NCBI GenBank assembly: GCA_037443035.1
Contig: JBBIPC010000010.1
Span: forward strand, 32,001 to 96,000
DNA length: 64,000 nucleotides
Direction of reading: 5' to 3'
DNA from: Chthonomonadales bacterium
GTDB lineage: Bacteria; Armatimonadota; Chthonomonadetes; Chthonomonadales; CAJBBX01
The notes under the pieces were generated by a model that made no database searches, was not told the DNA's origin, and worked only from the letters and a program-made list of their open reading frames with translations. This document shows positions 1-9,423 of the stretch, piece after piece (the first letter of the stretch is position 1; the number at the start of each line of letters is the position of its first letter). The position numbers and the translations under genes were made by a program.

Positions 1-699
1 GACGTATCGAATGGTGTCGTCGCACTGTGCGGTCCGAACGCTTCTGTATCCCTGGGCAACAACGTATCGGCGACGGTGGAACGGCACGAAGATCCCGTGG
101 TCTGGCCTACCGTGGCGCAGATCGCCGACCGGCTGTTTCCCGACGGCGGTCTTGCGTGGCTCGCCACCCACAACGACAATGCCATGGCCACGATCAACGG
201 AGTTGCGGGCATACCCTGCAAGAAGATCTACGCAACGAACAATGTTACGGTGGTCTTCCGGGGGAAGCCAGGAGGCGCCAACTACTATCTCACTGACGTC
301 TACTTCAAGAACAACGCCACTGTTCGGTTCGACAACGCGAACGGACCCATACGGATCTGGATGGGACCGCTGGGAGGAAGGGGTCAGTGGTACTCCAAGA
401 ACAATGCGGACTTTGTCGTGAGCTCCACGGATCCCGCTAAGGCGCCACGGCTGTACTTGGCGACAACGGGCGGCTTCCTGGGCAAGAACAACGTGACCTG
501 CAATTTCGGCGTGTACGCGTACAATGAGCTGAACGGCGAGAAGTTCGGCCATGTCGAGCTGAAGAACAATATGTCCATGCAGGGGACGTTCATCGCCAAC
601 ACCGTCGAAATGAAGAACAACGCCATGATCACAGCAGCAGCGCCTTACTGGCAACCTCTTGGCGGTGCATACTATGATATGTCGGTCTGGGAGGAGTAG
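1..699 (+). CDS. 5'-truncated PilX-like/pilus-associated protein, C-terminal beta-solenoid-like region
   Basis: Frame is open from base 1 (DVSNGVVALCGPN...). Repeated xKNNx motifs, ends in WEE, lies directly upstream of two prepilin genes. Confidence 0.6.
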   Translation, partial: DVSNGVVALCGPNASVSLGNNVSATVERHEDPVVWPTVAQIADRLFPDGGLAWLATHNDNAMATINGVAGIPCKKIYATNNVTVVFRGKPGGANYYLTDVYFKNNATVRFDNANGPIRIWMGPLGGRGQWYSKNNADFVVSSTDPAKAPRLYLATTGGFLGKNNVTCNFGVYAYNELNGEKFGHVELKNNMSMQGTFIANTVEMKNNAMITAAAPYWQPLGGAYYDMSVWEE

Positions 700-720
700 C
701 GAACGGGGAGCCAGACGGCA

Positions 721-1185
721 ATGAAGGGTCTGCGACGTCGGCGACACAACACGGCGGGCATGACGCTCACGGAGGTTCTCGTGGCAGCCGTCATTCTCGG
801 CATCGTGGCCGCTGGCGCAGCAGCGAGCTGGACCATGGCATCGAGGGCAGCTGCCAACAAGCGTGCTGTGGAAATCGGCACGGCCATCGCGGTGCAGGAG
901 CTGGAACGCCTCAAAGCCATGCGGTACCCCTATCTCGTGCCGTCGCCCATGCAAGGCGGGCAGCCGGTGCCTACGGTCCGCTGGTACGACCGCTTCGGCA
1001 ACTACCTTGGACCGTCAGCGACCAGCGGCGATTTCCAAGCACGAGAGGTCATTCGCGTCCTCATCGATCGGGACGGCCAGCCGAACAACGAGGACCTCAA
1101 AGAGATCGTTGTGGAAGTCTGGGACGGCAACCAGACGAGACTCTACGAGACCGCGCGGACGATTCTCACTTTCGGCGGAGTATAG
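721..1185 (+). CDS. Minor pilin/pseudopilin (PilV/GspI-like) with prepilin cleavage/methylation motif
   Basis: Basic leader, then G|MTLTEVLVAAVILGIVAAG (class III signal, E at +5). Confidence 0.85.
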   Translation: MKGLRRRRHNTAGMTLTEVLVAAVILGIVAAGAAASWTMASRAAANKRAVEIGTAIAVQELERLKAMRYPYLVPSPMQGGQPVPTVRWYDRFGNYLGPSATSGDFQAREVIRVLIDRDGQPNNEDLKEIVVEVWDGNQTRLYETARTILTFGGV

Positions 1186-1187
1186 TC

Positions 1188-1754
1188 TTGCGCGCAAGAA
1201 TCGCATATCGTCGCATGCTGGCTGGCGTGACGCTTCTGGAGATGGTATCCAGCCTCGCCATTCTTGCCATCATCGTCGCGGCGACGGTCTCATTGTACTG
1301 GACAGGGCAGCTAGCGCATCGGCGGGCCGGGTTCTACAGCCGCGCTCAGACCGACATCCGCAACGCCATGCGACAGATGACCCGCGTGACGCGCAATGCG
1401 CAGTCCGTCGTGGCCCAGGGGACAGTGGGGACTCTAACCGGTCTGGCCAGCAACGGGAACCAGCTCGTGCTCAGGTTGTCCTCGCAGGGCACGCCTCTGG
1501 AGTGCCGGTACTACTTGTCGAATGGTGTGCTTTATCAGCAGTCAAGTACAGAGGCCGCTCCTGGGAGACCGCTGCTACAAGGCGTCGTAACAGTGACGTT
1601 CAACTACTACCGGACGGTTGCCGGTACCCGCACATCGGTCAATGGTTCGCCGGCGACAGCCACGGAAGTGGAAATCAACATACGCGCACGGTCCGGCTCG
1701 GTGACGACAGGGCTCACCACCTATGTGACTATCCGCAACGCCATTGCGGTCTGA
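1188..1754 (+). CDS. Minor pilin/pseudopilin (PilW/GspJ-like)
   Basis: G|VTLLEMVSSLAILAIIVAA class III signal; TTG start 2 nt after the previous stop. Confidence 0.85.
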   Translation: MRARIAYRRMLAGVTLLEMVSSLAILAIIVAATVSLYWTGQLAHRRAGFYSRAQTDIRNAMRQMTRVTRNAQSVVAQGTVGTLTGLASNGNQLVLRLSSQGTPLECRYYLSNGVLYQQSSTEAAPGRPLLQGVVTVTFNYYRTVAGTRTSVNGSPATATEVEINIRARSGSVTTGLTTYVTIRNAIAV

Positions 1755-1833
1755 CGACCCAATGGCATGTGCGGCGGCGATGTGGTATGGGAGAGATGCG
1801 CTGCCGAGGCAGGTGCCTGTGCAGTGAGAGAAG

Positions 1834-3468
1834 ATGGCTGATACACGCGGGGCCAACTTAGGGCTGTTTCTCTGTCAGGAAGTGATCATCGCCGCCTTCG
1901 TGCGTTCGAGCCGGGGTCGGGCGCACGTCACGGCTGTGGGCACCACCCCCACACCGCGCGGAACCGTGGATGCCGCCGGGGTACGGGATCCCGCGCGTGT
2001 GGGGCAGGCGATACGATCCCTTCTGCGAAGCATGCGTGCACGCGCAAGCTCAGCCGCGGTCGCCATGCCACCTGGCGCTGCCGGAATGCGGTCCTTTCGA
2101 CTGCCTACCGTTCCCGAGCGGGAGCGACGCGCTCTGGTGAGGGGTGAACTCGAGACTGCTGGAGCGCTGCCGATTGGAGCTGGTGCCTTCGGATTCTTGT
2201 GGGTGGAACTGACCGAGGAAGAGGAGCGCGAACAGTCGGACGTTTTCGCCTTCCATACCGACGACTCAGTGGTGGACGGAGTGCGAGAGGCGCTGCGCGT
2301 AGCCGGTCTGCGCCTTGAGTGTATGGAACCGTACTCTATCGCCGCCATGCGGGCGTACTTGGGCACCAGGGAAGCACTAGAACCAGTGGCGCTTCTCTGT
2401 CCTTCCGACACGCATTCCGATCTGTGCATGCTCGACGGAGCACGTGTGCGGTATCTGCGACGCATCGCAGGAGGATGGGAAGACCTGCGCTATCTGACTC
2501 GGACAGCCAGCGCGACGGAGACAGGTCCCTCCACTTCCCGGAGTGTGTTGCTCACCGAGGAGGAGGCGTCGGCTGAAGCGCCTGAAGCCACACCGCAGAC
2601 TCTCGTTGGTCTGGCGCCTGCGGACCAATCGGTGACGAGGAGCTTCCTCGCTTCGGAGGTGGCCAGAAGCTTCGCGTTCTACTCTCGAGAGTACAAGAGT
2701 GCCAACGTGCCGCGCAGCCTCGTCATCCTCAGTCCGCGCCGGTTCGCCGAGGACATTGTCCAGACGCTAGCGCCGGTTGTGCCCATCCCTGTGGTGGCAG
2801 AGGACGCGGCAGCGTTGTTAGACCTACCAGAAAGCTCCGAGGGTGAGCTAGGGTTGCTGGGCTATCTGGCGGCCGCCGGTGTCTGCATGGCTGGCGAGGC
2901 GAATGCGCTGCCGCGCCTGGATACGTCTCGGCAGGAGGCGTCGGCTCTCTCGCGACGGCAGGCACCCAACCTGCTGCTGGCGGGGATGGCCGGCTCGACG
3001 GTATGGATGATCCTCAGCATCCTAGCGGCTGTCGCGCTTTCGTTCCTGCAATCTTCAGCCGAGGTCGAGAATAACTTGCTGCAGAGGGACCTGACGGAGG
3101 AGTGGAAGCGCCACGTCGGGCCCATGCGGAACCTGGAGACGTTCAATGCAGCACGCCAAGCGCAGCGGCAGGTTGCGCTGCCTGCCGGCGCCATCCTGGC
3201 CGCCCTAGCTCAGGCCTACACGAACGGTATCAGCCTCACGAACGTCAAGCTGGAATCTGGAGCCAAAGTCACGGTCGAGGGCAACGCGATGTCCCCAGAG
3301 AGCATGCAGACCTTCGCCGACAACTTGGCCAAGGCCGGCGTCGTGAAGAACGTTACATTCGACATGATGCATCAGGATCGGGACGGCCTCTTCAGTTTCA
3401 GGATCGTGGGTTCATCGGCCGGCCTTAGTCCGGAGGGGGCGGTCGCGGCCGCCGGAGGACAGGGCTGA
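1834..3468 (+). CDS. Fused PilM-PilN (GspL-like architecture) pilus assembly protein
   Basis: N-terminal actin-like PilM region (GTVDAAGVRDP, LRVAGLRLECME, EVARSFAFY), one TM helix, then a PilN-like domain (ISLTNVKL..VTVEGNA..FADNL). Confidence 0.75.
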   Translation: MADTRGANLGLFLCQEVIIAAFVRSSRGRAHVTAVGTTPTPRGTVDAAGVRDPARVGQAIRSLLRSMRARASSAAVAMPPGAAGMRSFRLPTVPERERRALVRGELETAGALPIGAGAFGFLWVELTEEEEREQSDVFAFHTDDSVVDGVREALRVAGLRLECMEPYSIAAMRAYLGTREALEPVALLCPSDTHSDLCMLDGARVRYLRRIAGGWEDLRYLTRTASATETGPSTSRSVLLTEEEASAEAPEATPQTLVGLAPADQSVTRSFLASEVARSFAFYSREYKSANVPRSLVILSPRRFAEDIVQTLAPVVPIPVVAEDAAALLDLPESSEGELGLLGYLAAAGVCMAGEANALPRLDTSRQEASALSRRQAPNLLLAGMAGSTVWMILSILAAVALSFLQSSAEVENNLLQRDLTEEWKRHVGPMRNLETFNAARQAQRQVALPAGAILAALAQAYTNGISLTNVKLESGAKVTVEGNAMSPESMQTFADNLAKAGVVKNVTFDMMHQDRDGLFSFRIVGSSAGLSPEGAVAAAGGQG

Positions 3469-4079
3469 TGCTGTCTTCGCTGCCGCCGCAAGTCCAGCAG
3501 CGCCTGGCGGTCCTGGTTCCCATCATCGCCCTGGTCGTGTCGCTCTTTGTTGTGTATCCGGGTTGGAATAACTGGAGGGACCTCGTGCGCAAGGCCGAAG
3601 AGAAGAGAACCAAGCTACAAACGCTGAAGAACACACCGATTCCTATGGCTGCGGCCAAACAGCCGGCAGCGGCCGACACTCCCTCGGAGCCGCCGGAGTT
3701 CCTTGCCAGTGTGCGCGAGGTCGCCGCAAGGGCGGGCTGTAGCGTGGTGGGCTTCGACCTGACGCTGCCTCCGGCACCGGCCACAGGCGAAAAGGAGTTG
3801 GCCTTGGGCGGCAACCCAGACCCGGCCAAGGAAGCGGCGGAGAAGGCCAAGAAGTCGCTGGTGAAGCCCGTCAGGGGAAAGATCGAGATCGAGGCGGACT
3901 ACCAGCACATACGGGAGTTCTTGCAGGGGATTCAGAACGCGCCGCGTCTCTATGCCATTGCAGGAGTCGACATCACCAGCACCAACGTGGAGACCACGGG
4001 CCTACTGCGCGCGACGGTGGAGATCGAGCGATACGTACTGAACCCTGAGGCCAGTGCCCCGATTGGCCCAGCTCCGTAG
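3468..4079 (+). CDS. pilO: PilO/GspM-like inner membrane assembly protein
   Basis: N-terminal TM and coiled coil; IEADYQHIREFLQGIQNAPRL resembles the PilO ferredoxin-like domain; start overlaps the previous stop. Confidence 0.7.
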   Translation: MLSSLPPQVQQRLAVLVPIIALVVSLFVVYPGWNNWRDLVRKAEEKRTKLQTLKNTPIPMAAAKQPAAADTPSEPPEFLASVREVAARAGCSVVGFDLTLPPAPATGEKELALGGNPDPAKEAAEKAKKSLVKPVRGKIEIEADYQHIREFLQGIQNAPRLYAIAGVDITSTNVETTGLLRATVEIERYVLNPEASAPIGPAP

Positions 4080-4115
4080 CCCAGGAGGGTCCAGGGCGAA
4101 GGGAGGATAGACCAG

Positions 4116-6086
4116 ATGAACAGGAGAACTACCGAACACACCATGACGAGGCAGAGGAAGTACCATGGGCTGGCGAAGCCTTGGAGAGTCGTCCTCGTTC
4201 TCGCTGTACTGGTGGTAGCCGGTCCTGCGGTCCTGGCAGACGAAGATCCCGACAAGCCCTTGGCAGCTCGGCCGAAGCCAACGACTTCCACCCGTCCGGT
4301 TCCTCCAGCGCATACGACGCATGCCCGTCCTGACAGGATTTCGCTGACGTTCAGCAATGTGGATGTGCGTGAAGCACTTGTCAGGATCGCTCAATATGCT
4401 GGGGTAGATGTGCTCCTCGCTCCCGGCGCGACGGGCACGATATCCATCAACCTTCGAGAGCGAACGCCGGACGAGGCGATCCGAATGGTGGCTGCCTCCG
4501 CCGGGTTGTTTGTGACCAGAGCGCAGGGGGCGTTTGTCGTCGGCTCGGCGAATGAGATCCAGCGGGCAGTATCGGAGTTCGGCCTGACCGAGATCGTGCC
4601 TGTTCAGCACGCCAAGCCGGCTGACGCAGCAGCATTCCTGGCGAAGGCTGCTCCCACGGTGAAAGTGGAAGCGCTTGCCAACGCCGTTTCCATGACCGGC
4701 CTACTCGATGACCTCCGACGCGCCCGCGAGACCCTTCGTTCGTACGATGTGCCGGTGCCGCCGGAGCCGGAGAGGCAGGATACGCTACTCATTGCCATGG
4801 AGAAGACCAGCCCGGAATCTGCCGAAGCCGTGCTCCGCCAGGCATTCCCGGGGGTTACCGTGGCGCGCCAGGACCGGGTGATCGTTGTGACCGGCCCGGC
4901 GAGTGTGTTGCCGACCGTCGAGAAGGCAGCCAAGGCGATCGATGTGGCGGCACCCGTCGAAGTCGAACAGACAGAGGTAGCTGTGGTAAAGCTCCAATAC
5001 CTCCATGCGAAGAAGGTGGAGGAATCGCTGAAGGTGGTATTCCCCGATGTGAAGGTCGCTGCTGGTCCTGAGCCGAACATGCCGCCCATGGCGTTCTTCT
5101 ATCCTATGACGACGGGTGCGTTCGGTACGACCGGTGCTGGTGGGACTAGCGGCGGAGCAGGGGGCGTTGCTGGTGGAGCAGCGGGAGTCGGCGGCGCAGG
5201 CGCTGGCGTTGGCGGAGCTGGAGTGGGAGGCGGTGCCGGTGGCGAAGGGGGCGTGTTCCCTGCGTTCACACGTGCCAGCAGTGTCGTGCTGGTCGGCAAG
5301 GCGTCGGAAGTCCACCAGGCGGTGAAGGCGGTCCAAGAGATGGACGTGCCTCAGGCACTGGTGCGCATTGACGCAGCGCTCGTCGAGGTCAGCGACGACG
5401 CCATGAAGGACCTCGGTGTGGAATGGTCCTGGCAAGATGGGAATTTCAGCTTCGCCCAGCGATGGAATCCCGCCGCCGACCAGACAAAGGGCTTGGAGGG
5501 AGGCGTGACGACCTCCACGGTGAACGTATCGGACTTCATGGCGACGATCAAGGCGCTCGCCACGAAGAAGAAAGCGAATGTGCTGGCTAATCCGAACATC
5601 ACCTGTGTTGACAATGAGGACGCCAGCATCTTCATCGGTGAGCTCAGGCGGTTCCGTGGGTCCACCGTCGTCAGCCCTGGCATTGGCACGGTCCAAGGAA
5701 CGGAGACGGTTCCCGTCGGTATCGCGCTGCTGGTGCGTCCACGTATCCATCCAGACGGCAACATTACGCTCAAAGTCCATCCCGTGGTAAGTACGGTGCT
5801 CTCGGTGGTGGATGGCCTGCCTCAGACGGCTAGCCGTGAAGCCGACACGACCGTTCGGATGCGTGCCGGCGAGGAGCTGGTCATCGGTGGCCTGTTCAAG
5901 ACCGAAGACATTCGATCCGAGTCGAAGGTTCCCATCCTCGGCGACCTGCCCATACTCGGAGCCCTTTTCCGGAGCACCAACCACACTAAGAACAGAACCG
6001 AAGTAGTGGTTGTCCTGCGCGTGTACCCTGTGTATCCCAATCCTGCTCCTGAGAAGGACTTCAGGAACGGAGTGACACCGCGATGA
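4116..6086 (+). CDS. Secretin (PilQ/GspD family)
   Basis: Signal peptide, N0 (ISLTFSNVDVREAL), N-domain repeats, and secretin C-domain (VRIDAALVEV, LANPNI..DNEDASIFIG, VPILGDLPILGALFR). Start may be 4143. Confidence 0.92.
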   Translation: MNRRTTEHTMTRQRKYHGLAKPWRVVLVLAVLVVAGPAVLADEDPDKPLAARPKPTTSTRPVPPAHTTHARPDRISLTFSNVDVREALVRIAQYAGVDVLLAPGATGTISINLRERTPDEAIRMVAASAGLFVTRAQGAFVVGSANEIQRAVSEFGLTEIVPVQHAKPADAAAFLAKAAPTVKVEALANAVSMTGLLDDLRRARETLRSYDVPVPPEPERQDTLLIAMEKTSPESAEAVLRQAFPGVTVARQDRVIVVTGPASVLPTVEKAAKAIDVAAPVEVEQTEVAVVKLQYLHAKKVEESLKVVFPDVKVAAGPEPNMPPMAFFYPMTTGAFGTTGAGGTSGGAGGVAGGAAGVGGAGAGVGGAGVGGGAGGEGGVFPAFTRASSVVLVGKASEVHQAVKAVQEMDVPQALVRIDAALVEVSDDAMKDLGVEWSWQDGNFSFAQRWNPAADQTKGLEGGVTTSTVNVSDFMATIKALATKKKANVLANPNITCVDNEDASIFIGELRRFRGSTVVSPGIGTVQGTETVPVGIALLVRPRIHPDGNITLKVHPVVSTVLSVVDGLPQTASREADTTVRMRAGEELVIGGLFKTEDIRSESKVPILGDLPILGALFRSTNHTKNRTEVVVVLRVYPVYPNPAPEKDFRNGVTPR

Positions 6087-6985
6087 ACAACAACAAGCAA
6101 GCCAACCCTATTGTTGTCGTGCTCATGGTGGTCGCGATTGTCGGCTTCCTCGGCTTCGCGGTGAAACAAGCCATGGTGCCCGACAAGCTCCCGCCGAGCC
6201 CGGACCAGGCCCAGGCAGGTCCTGCCGATCTGGCGCCTGCACCGCAAGCAGTGCCGGAGCAACGACCGAAACCCGCCATATCGGTGGAGGCCGCGCCAGG
6301 AGTGAACCCATTCACACCACTTCCCTTCAAGCGTGGGAGTGGCTCCCAGCAGGAGTCCATGACAAGACAGCCTGTGCTTCCGCCATCACCTGCGCCCTCG
6401 GCAGGGCCGGTACCAGCACCGGTCCTTATCGCTCGGGATCGCGAGCGACGTTCAGCAGCTCTCGCCGGCTCGACTCGGGAAGGTACCCTGCCGGCGACGC
6501 CTGGTGGGCAGCTCCAGCCGGCCACGGTGACCGTGGAGCCAGTCCTCATGGGCACCATGCTGGGAAGTCGGCCGGTGGCGGTGTTCAAGGCGGACAAGGA
6601 TACGGTCATGGTGCCCGAGGGAGGAGCCTACCTGGGTTGGAGAGTCGTGCGCGTAGGCCACGGGGAAGCCACGGTGTGGAACGGCAACGTGTCCGTCCGG
6701 CTGAAGGTGGGTGGACCGTCGCAGATGACGGTACGGTCGGCCATGGCGCCTCCGGCTCCAGCCAATCCTTACGCAAGCGCCAACTGCATTACGTTGCACT
6801 TCACGGGAAAACCTGTCCCCACGCGTCGGGAGCTAGTACTGGGACGCATGGAGGAGGATATGCTGGAACCAGTCGGAGAGGCCGGCAGTGGCGGCCTTCC
6901 ATCGGGCCAAGCAGAGCGGGAATCCGATCCGGCTGACGTCCCATCGAAAGGCTCGGAGATTGACGGAGGGGGAGTGGGGAGCTAA
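6083..6985 (+). CDS. Membrane-anchored Pro-rich protein, PilP/GspC-like
   Basis: N-terminal TM, Pro-rich linker with NPF motif, then LMGTMLG..VAVF..GWRVVRV beta domain; ATGA overlap with the secretin stop. Confidence 0.5.
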   Translation: MNNNKQANPIVVVLMVVAIVGFLGFAVKQAMVPDKLPPSPDQAQAGPADLAPAPQAVPEQRPKPAISVEAAPGVNPFTPLPFKRGSGSQQESMTRQPVLPPSPAPSAGPVPAPVLIARDRERRSAALAGSTREGTLPATPGGQLQPATVTVEPVLMGTMLGSRPVAVFKADKDTVMVPEGGAYLGWRVVRVGHGEATVWNGNVSVRLKVGGPSQMTVRSAMAPPAPANPYASANCITLHFTGKPVPTRRELVLGRMEEDMLEPVGEAGSGGLPSGQAERESDPADVPSKGSEIDGGGVGS

Positions 6986-7051
6986 CCGCGCGTCGCCGCA
7001 CAGACTCACGCGATCCAAGCGGCCCGACTGCGTCCTGCGGTCGGGCTGTTT

Positions 7052-8098
7052 CTATGCCAGCCAGGCGTCCAGATTGTCCCGGATGAATGCGTCATCGTGG
7101 AGATGGGGATACGCGTCCAGCACCCGGTCAATCTCCTCCGCTTGCCCAGGCGAAAGTTTCTCGGCTGGGTCGAGGCACCAGATTCCACGGAGCAGCCCTT
7201 GGCGGCGAAGTACCTCGTGGATACCGGCAATGCAGCCACGAAAGCCGTGTGCAGCATCGAACAGAGCGGCGTTGGTATCGGTGAGTTGCAGTGACAGGGA
7301 GAGCAGGTCCTCTGGGACCGTGCCCTCTGCCAGCGCTTGCTGCGTTCGTTTCAGGATGCCGACCGCCGCCCGGGTTCCCACGGCCCACTGGCCGAGCAAG
7401 CCGCCGTGGAATCGCACGCGGCAGCCTCCAATATCCGCATGGGTCAGCAGATCCCCTATGATATGATCGTCGTTGCCCGTGTAGAGTGCTATCTCGTTGG
7501 CTCGGCCGGACTCTGCCACCGCACGGAGCACATCCAGGGTGTGGTAGCGGTTGAAGGGGGCGATCTTGATGGCGATGAGGCGTTCGATTTCCAGCATCCC
7601 GTGCCAGAAGCTTCGCGTCAGGACACGCCCTCCTACTGCGGGTTGGAGGTAGAAACCCATGATAGGCAGTACCTGGCTCAACACGCGGCAGTGAGCCAGC
7701 ATGACCTCGTCTGGGTCGTTGTCGAACGCACTGAGGCTCACGAGCACCAGGTCGTAACCTAGCTCGGCAGCGAGTTCGGCCTCAGCCACGGCCTGCCTGG
7801 TACGGCCGCAGACGCCAGCGATGAGCAGGGGCCTGGGGGACGGTCTTGCGGCTACTTCGGCGGCGATTTCCAACACGGGGCGCAGGAGTCCGTGACGAGG
7901 GTCGCGGATGGCGAACTGTGTGGTATGAACACCCACAGCGAGGCCGCCAGCACCTGCGGCCACGTAGTAACGGCCGAGGGCGCGCTGGCGGCCCTCATCG
8001 AGGCGGCGCTCTGCAGTGAGAGCGAGGGGATGGGCTGGAATGACCATCCCCTCTATGAGACGGCGCTGAAGACTCCGACTATCGCCCGGGGAGGCCAT
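7052..8098 (-). CDS. Dihydrodipicolinate synthase family (class I aldolase-like) protein
   Basis: GLAVGVHTTQF, FYLQPAVGG, AIKIAPFNRY, LYTGNDD motifs. Confidence 0.85.
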   Translation of the reverse strand: MASPGDSRSLQRRLIEGMVIPAHPLALTAERRLDEGRQRALGRYYVAAGAGGLAVGVHTTQFAIRDPRHGLLRPVLEIAAEVAARPSPRPLLIAGVCGRTRQAVAEAELAAELGYDLVLVSLSAFDNDPDEVMLAHCRVLSQVLPIMGFYLQPAVGGRVLTRSFWHGMLEIERLIAIKIAPFNRYHTLDVLRAVAESGRANEIALYTGNDDHIIGDLLTHADIGGCRVRFHGGLLGQWAVGTRAAVGILKRTQQALAEGTVPEDLLSLSLQLTDTNAALFDAAHGFRGCIAGIHEVLRRQGLLRGIWCLDPAEKLSPGQAEEIDRVLDAYPHLHDDAFIRDNLDAWLA

Positions 8099-8129
8099 CG
8101 CCGAAGTCTAGATACTCGTCCTGACCACT

Positions 8130-9407
8130 TCAGACCGCTGCGGCCGCGGCGTAAAGGCGCTTGTACTCTTCCACGGGAATGCCTGCCACCTCAGCCAGCT
8201 TCGTTGCAGTCGCGGCGTCCTCGAGGTCGCATTTCTCCAGCCGGATCATCGCTGCCCGCGCGGCCAGGTAGGCATCCGAGGTGACGTCCACGCGGCGCAC
8301 GGCGGTCTTCCCTGTTTGTGGATCGAGGATGCGGCTGAAGGGGATGGGTTCGACCTTCCCTGCGCGTATCGCCATGAGCGCCCCGCCGGTTCCCCAAGCT
8401 GGTCTTTGACCCAGAACGTACTGGACTGCTGCCCATCCCAACTGCTGCACGTACTCCGCATCGAAAGCGATGGGTGGCGCGCAGCGGAGCTCGTAGCCGA
8501 TGGTGATGTCCACGATCGTCGGTTTCTGACCCCTAGCCTTGAACCGTGCCTGGAGCTCGCGCTTCAAGATCAGCGCCAGCGGTACCTCTGCCAGCCGCAG
8601 GTTGTTCGACTTGTCGCGTGTGATCTCGACGTAGGGGCGCCCCTCGAGTTCACGTACAAGCAACTCGCCGATACCTTCCGCGACGACCGCCACTCCATAG
8701 TCGCGTCCCATAGCCTTGGACTTGTGCATGGAGCCTTCGATAATGCTGAGGACGAGGTCCAAGGACGCCGATCCGCCGAACTCCTCCGGAATGACAGCCA
8801 TGGACGCCCCACCCGAACGGGCCATGCCCAGCGCCAAGTGGCCAGCGCTTCGGCCCATGGCGGCCACGACAAACCACCGCTTGGTTGTTCTCGCATCTTC
8901 CATGAGGTTGCTGACCAGCTCGGCACCCACGGCCCGCGCCGTGTTGTAGCCGAACGTGGGGGCCATGTCCGGTAGCGGTAGGTCGTTATCAATGGTCTTG
9001 GGAACGTGGGCAACCTGGATGGTGCCCTGCGATGTCTCTGCCGTCTTCAGCGCTGTGTACGCCGTATCATCACCGCCGATGGTGACCAGGTAGCCAATGC
9101 CGAGGCTCTCGAGTGCCTGAACCACTCGCGCCATCTTCTCGGCGTCGTCAGCCGGCTTTTCCCGTGACGTACGGAGTATGGAACCGCCCTTGGCGCGACA
9201 CTCCTCGGCGTCGGCGAGCGTCAGCGTGCACGTATGGGTGGTGTCGCCTGCCGCCAGCCACTTGAACCCGTCATAGATGCCCACTACTTCGAGACCCTGA
9301 CGTATGGCCTCCGTAGTCGCGCCGGCAATGACCCCGTTGATACCGGGGGCTGGTCCCCCGCCAACGAGGATTCCCAGCTTGGCAGTAGCCTTACTTGCTT
9401 GCGTCAT
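8130..9407 (-). CDS. pfp: Phosphofructokinase, pyrophosphate-dependent type
   Basis: GGGPAPG, GGDDT, PKTIDNDL, MGRSAGHL, GYELRC. GGDD with PKTIDND is the PPi-type signature. Start set at MTQASK after an AAGGAGG RBS. Confidence 0.85.
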   Translation of the reverse strand: MTQASKATAKLGILVGGGPAPGINGVIAGATTEAIRQGLEVVGIYDGFKWLAAGDTTHTCTLTLADAEECRAKGGSILRTSREKPADDAEKMARVVQALESLGIGYLVTIGGDDTAYTALKTAETSQGTIQVAHVPKTIDNDLPLPDMAPTFGYNTARAVGAELVSNLMEDARTTKRWFVVAAMGRSAGHLALGMARSGGASMAVIPEEFGGSASLDLVLSIIEGSMHKSKAMGRDYGVAVVAEGIGELLVRELEGRPYVEITRDKSNNLRLAEVPLALILKRELQARFKARGQKPTIVDITIGYELRCAPPIAFDAEYVQQLGWAAVQYVLGQRPAWGTGGALMAIRAGKVEPIPFSRILDPQTGKTAVRRVDVTSDAYLAARAAMIRLEKCDLEDAATATKLAEVAGIPVEEYKRLYAAAAAV

Positions 9408-9423
9408 CGTGTCATGTTCCTCC

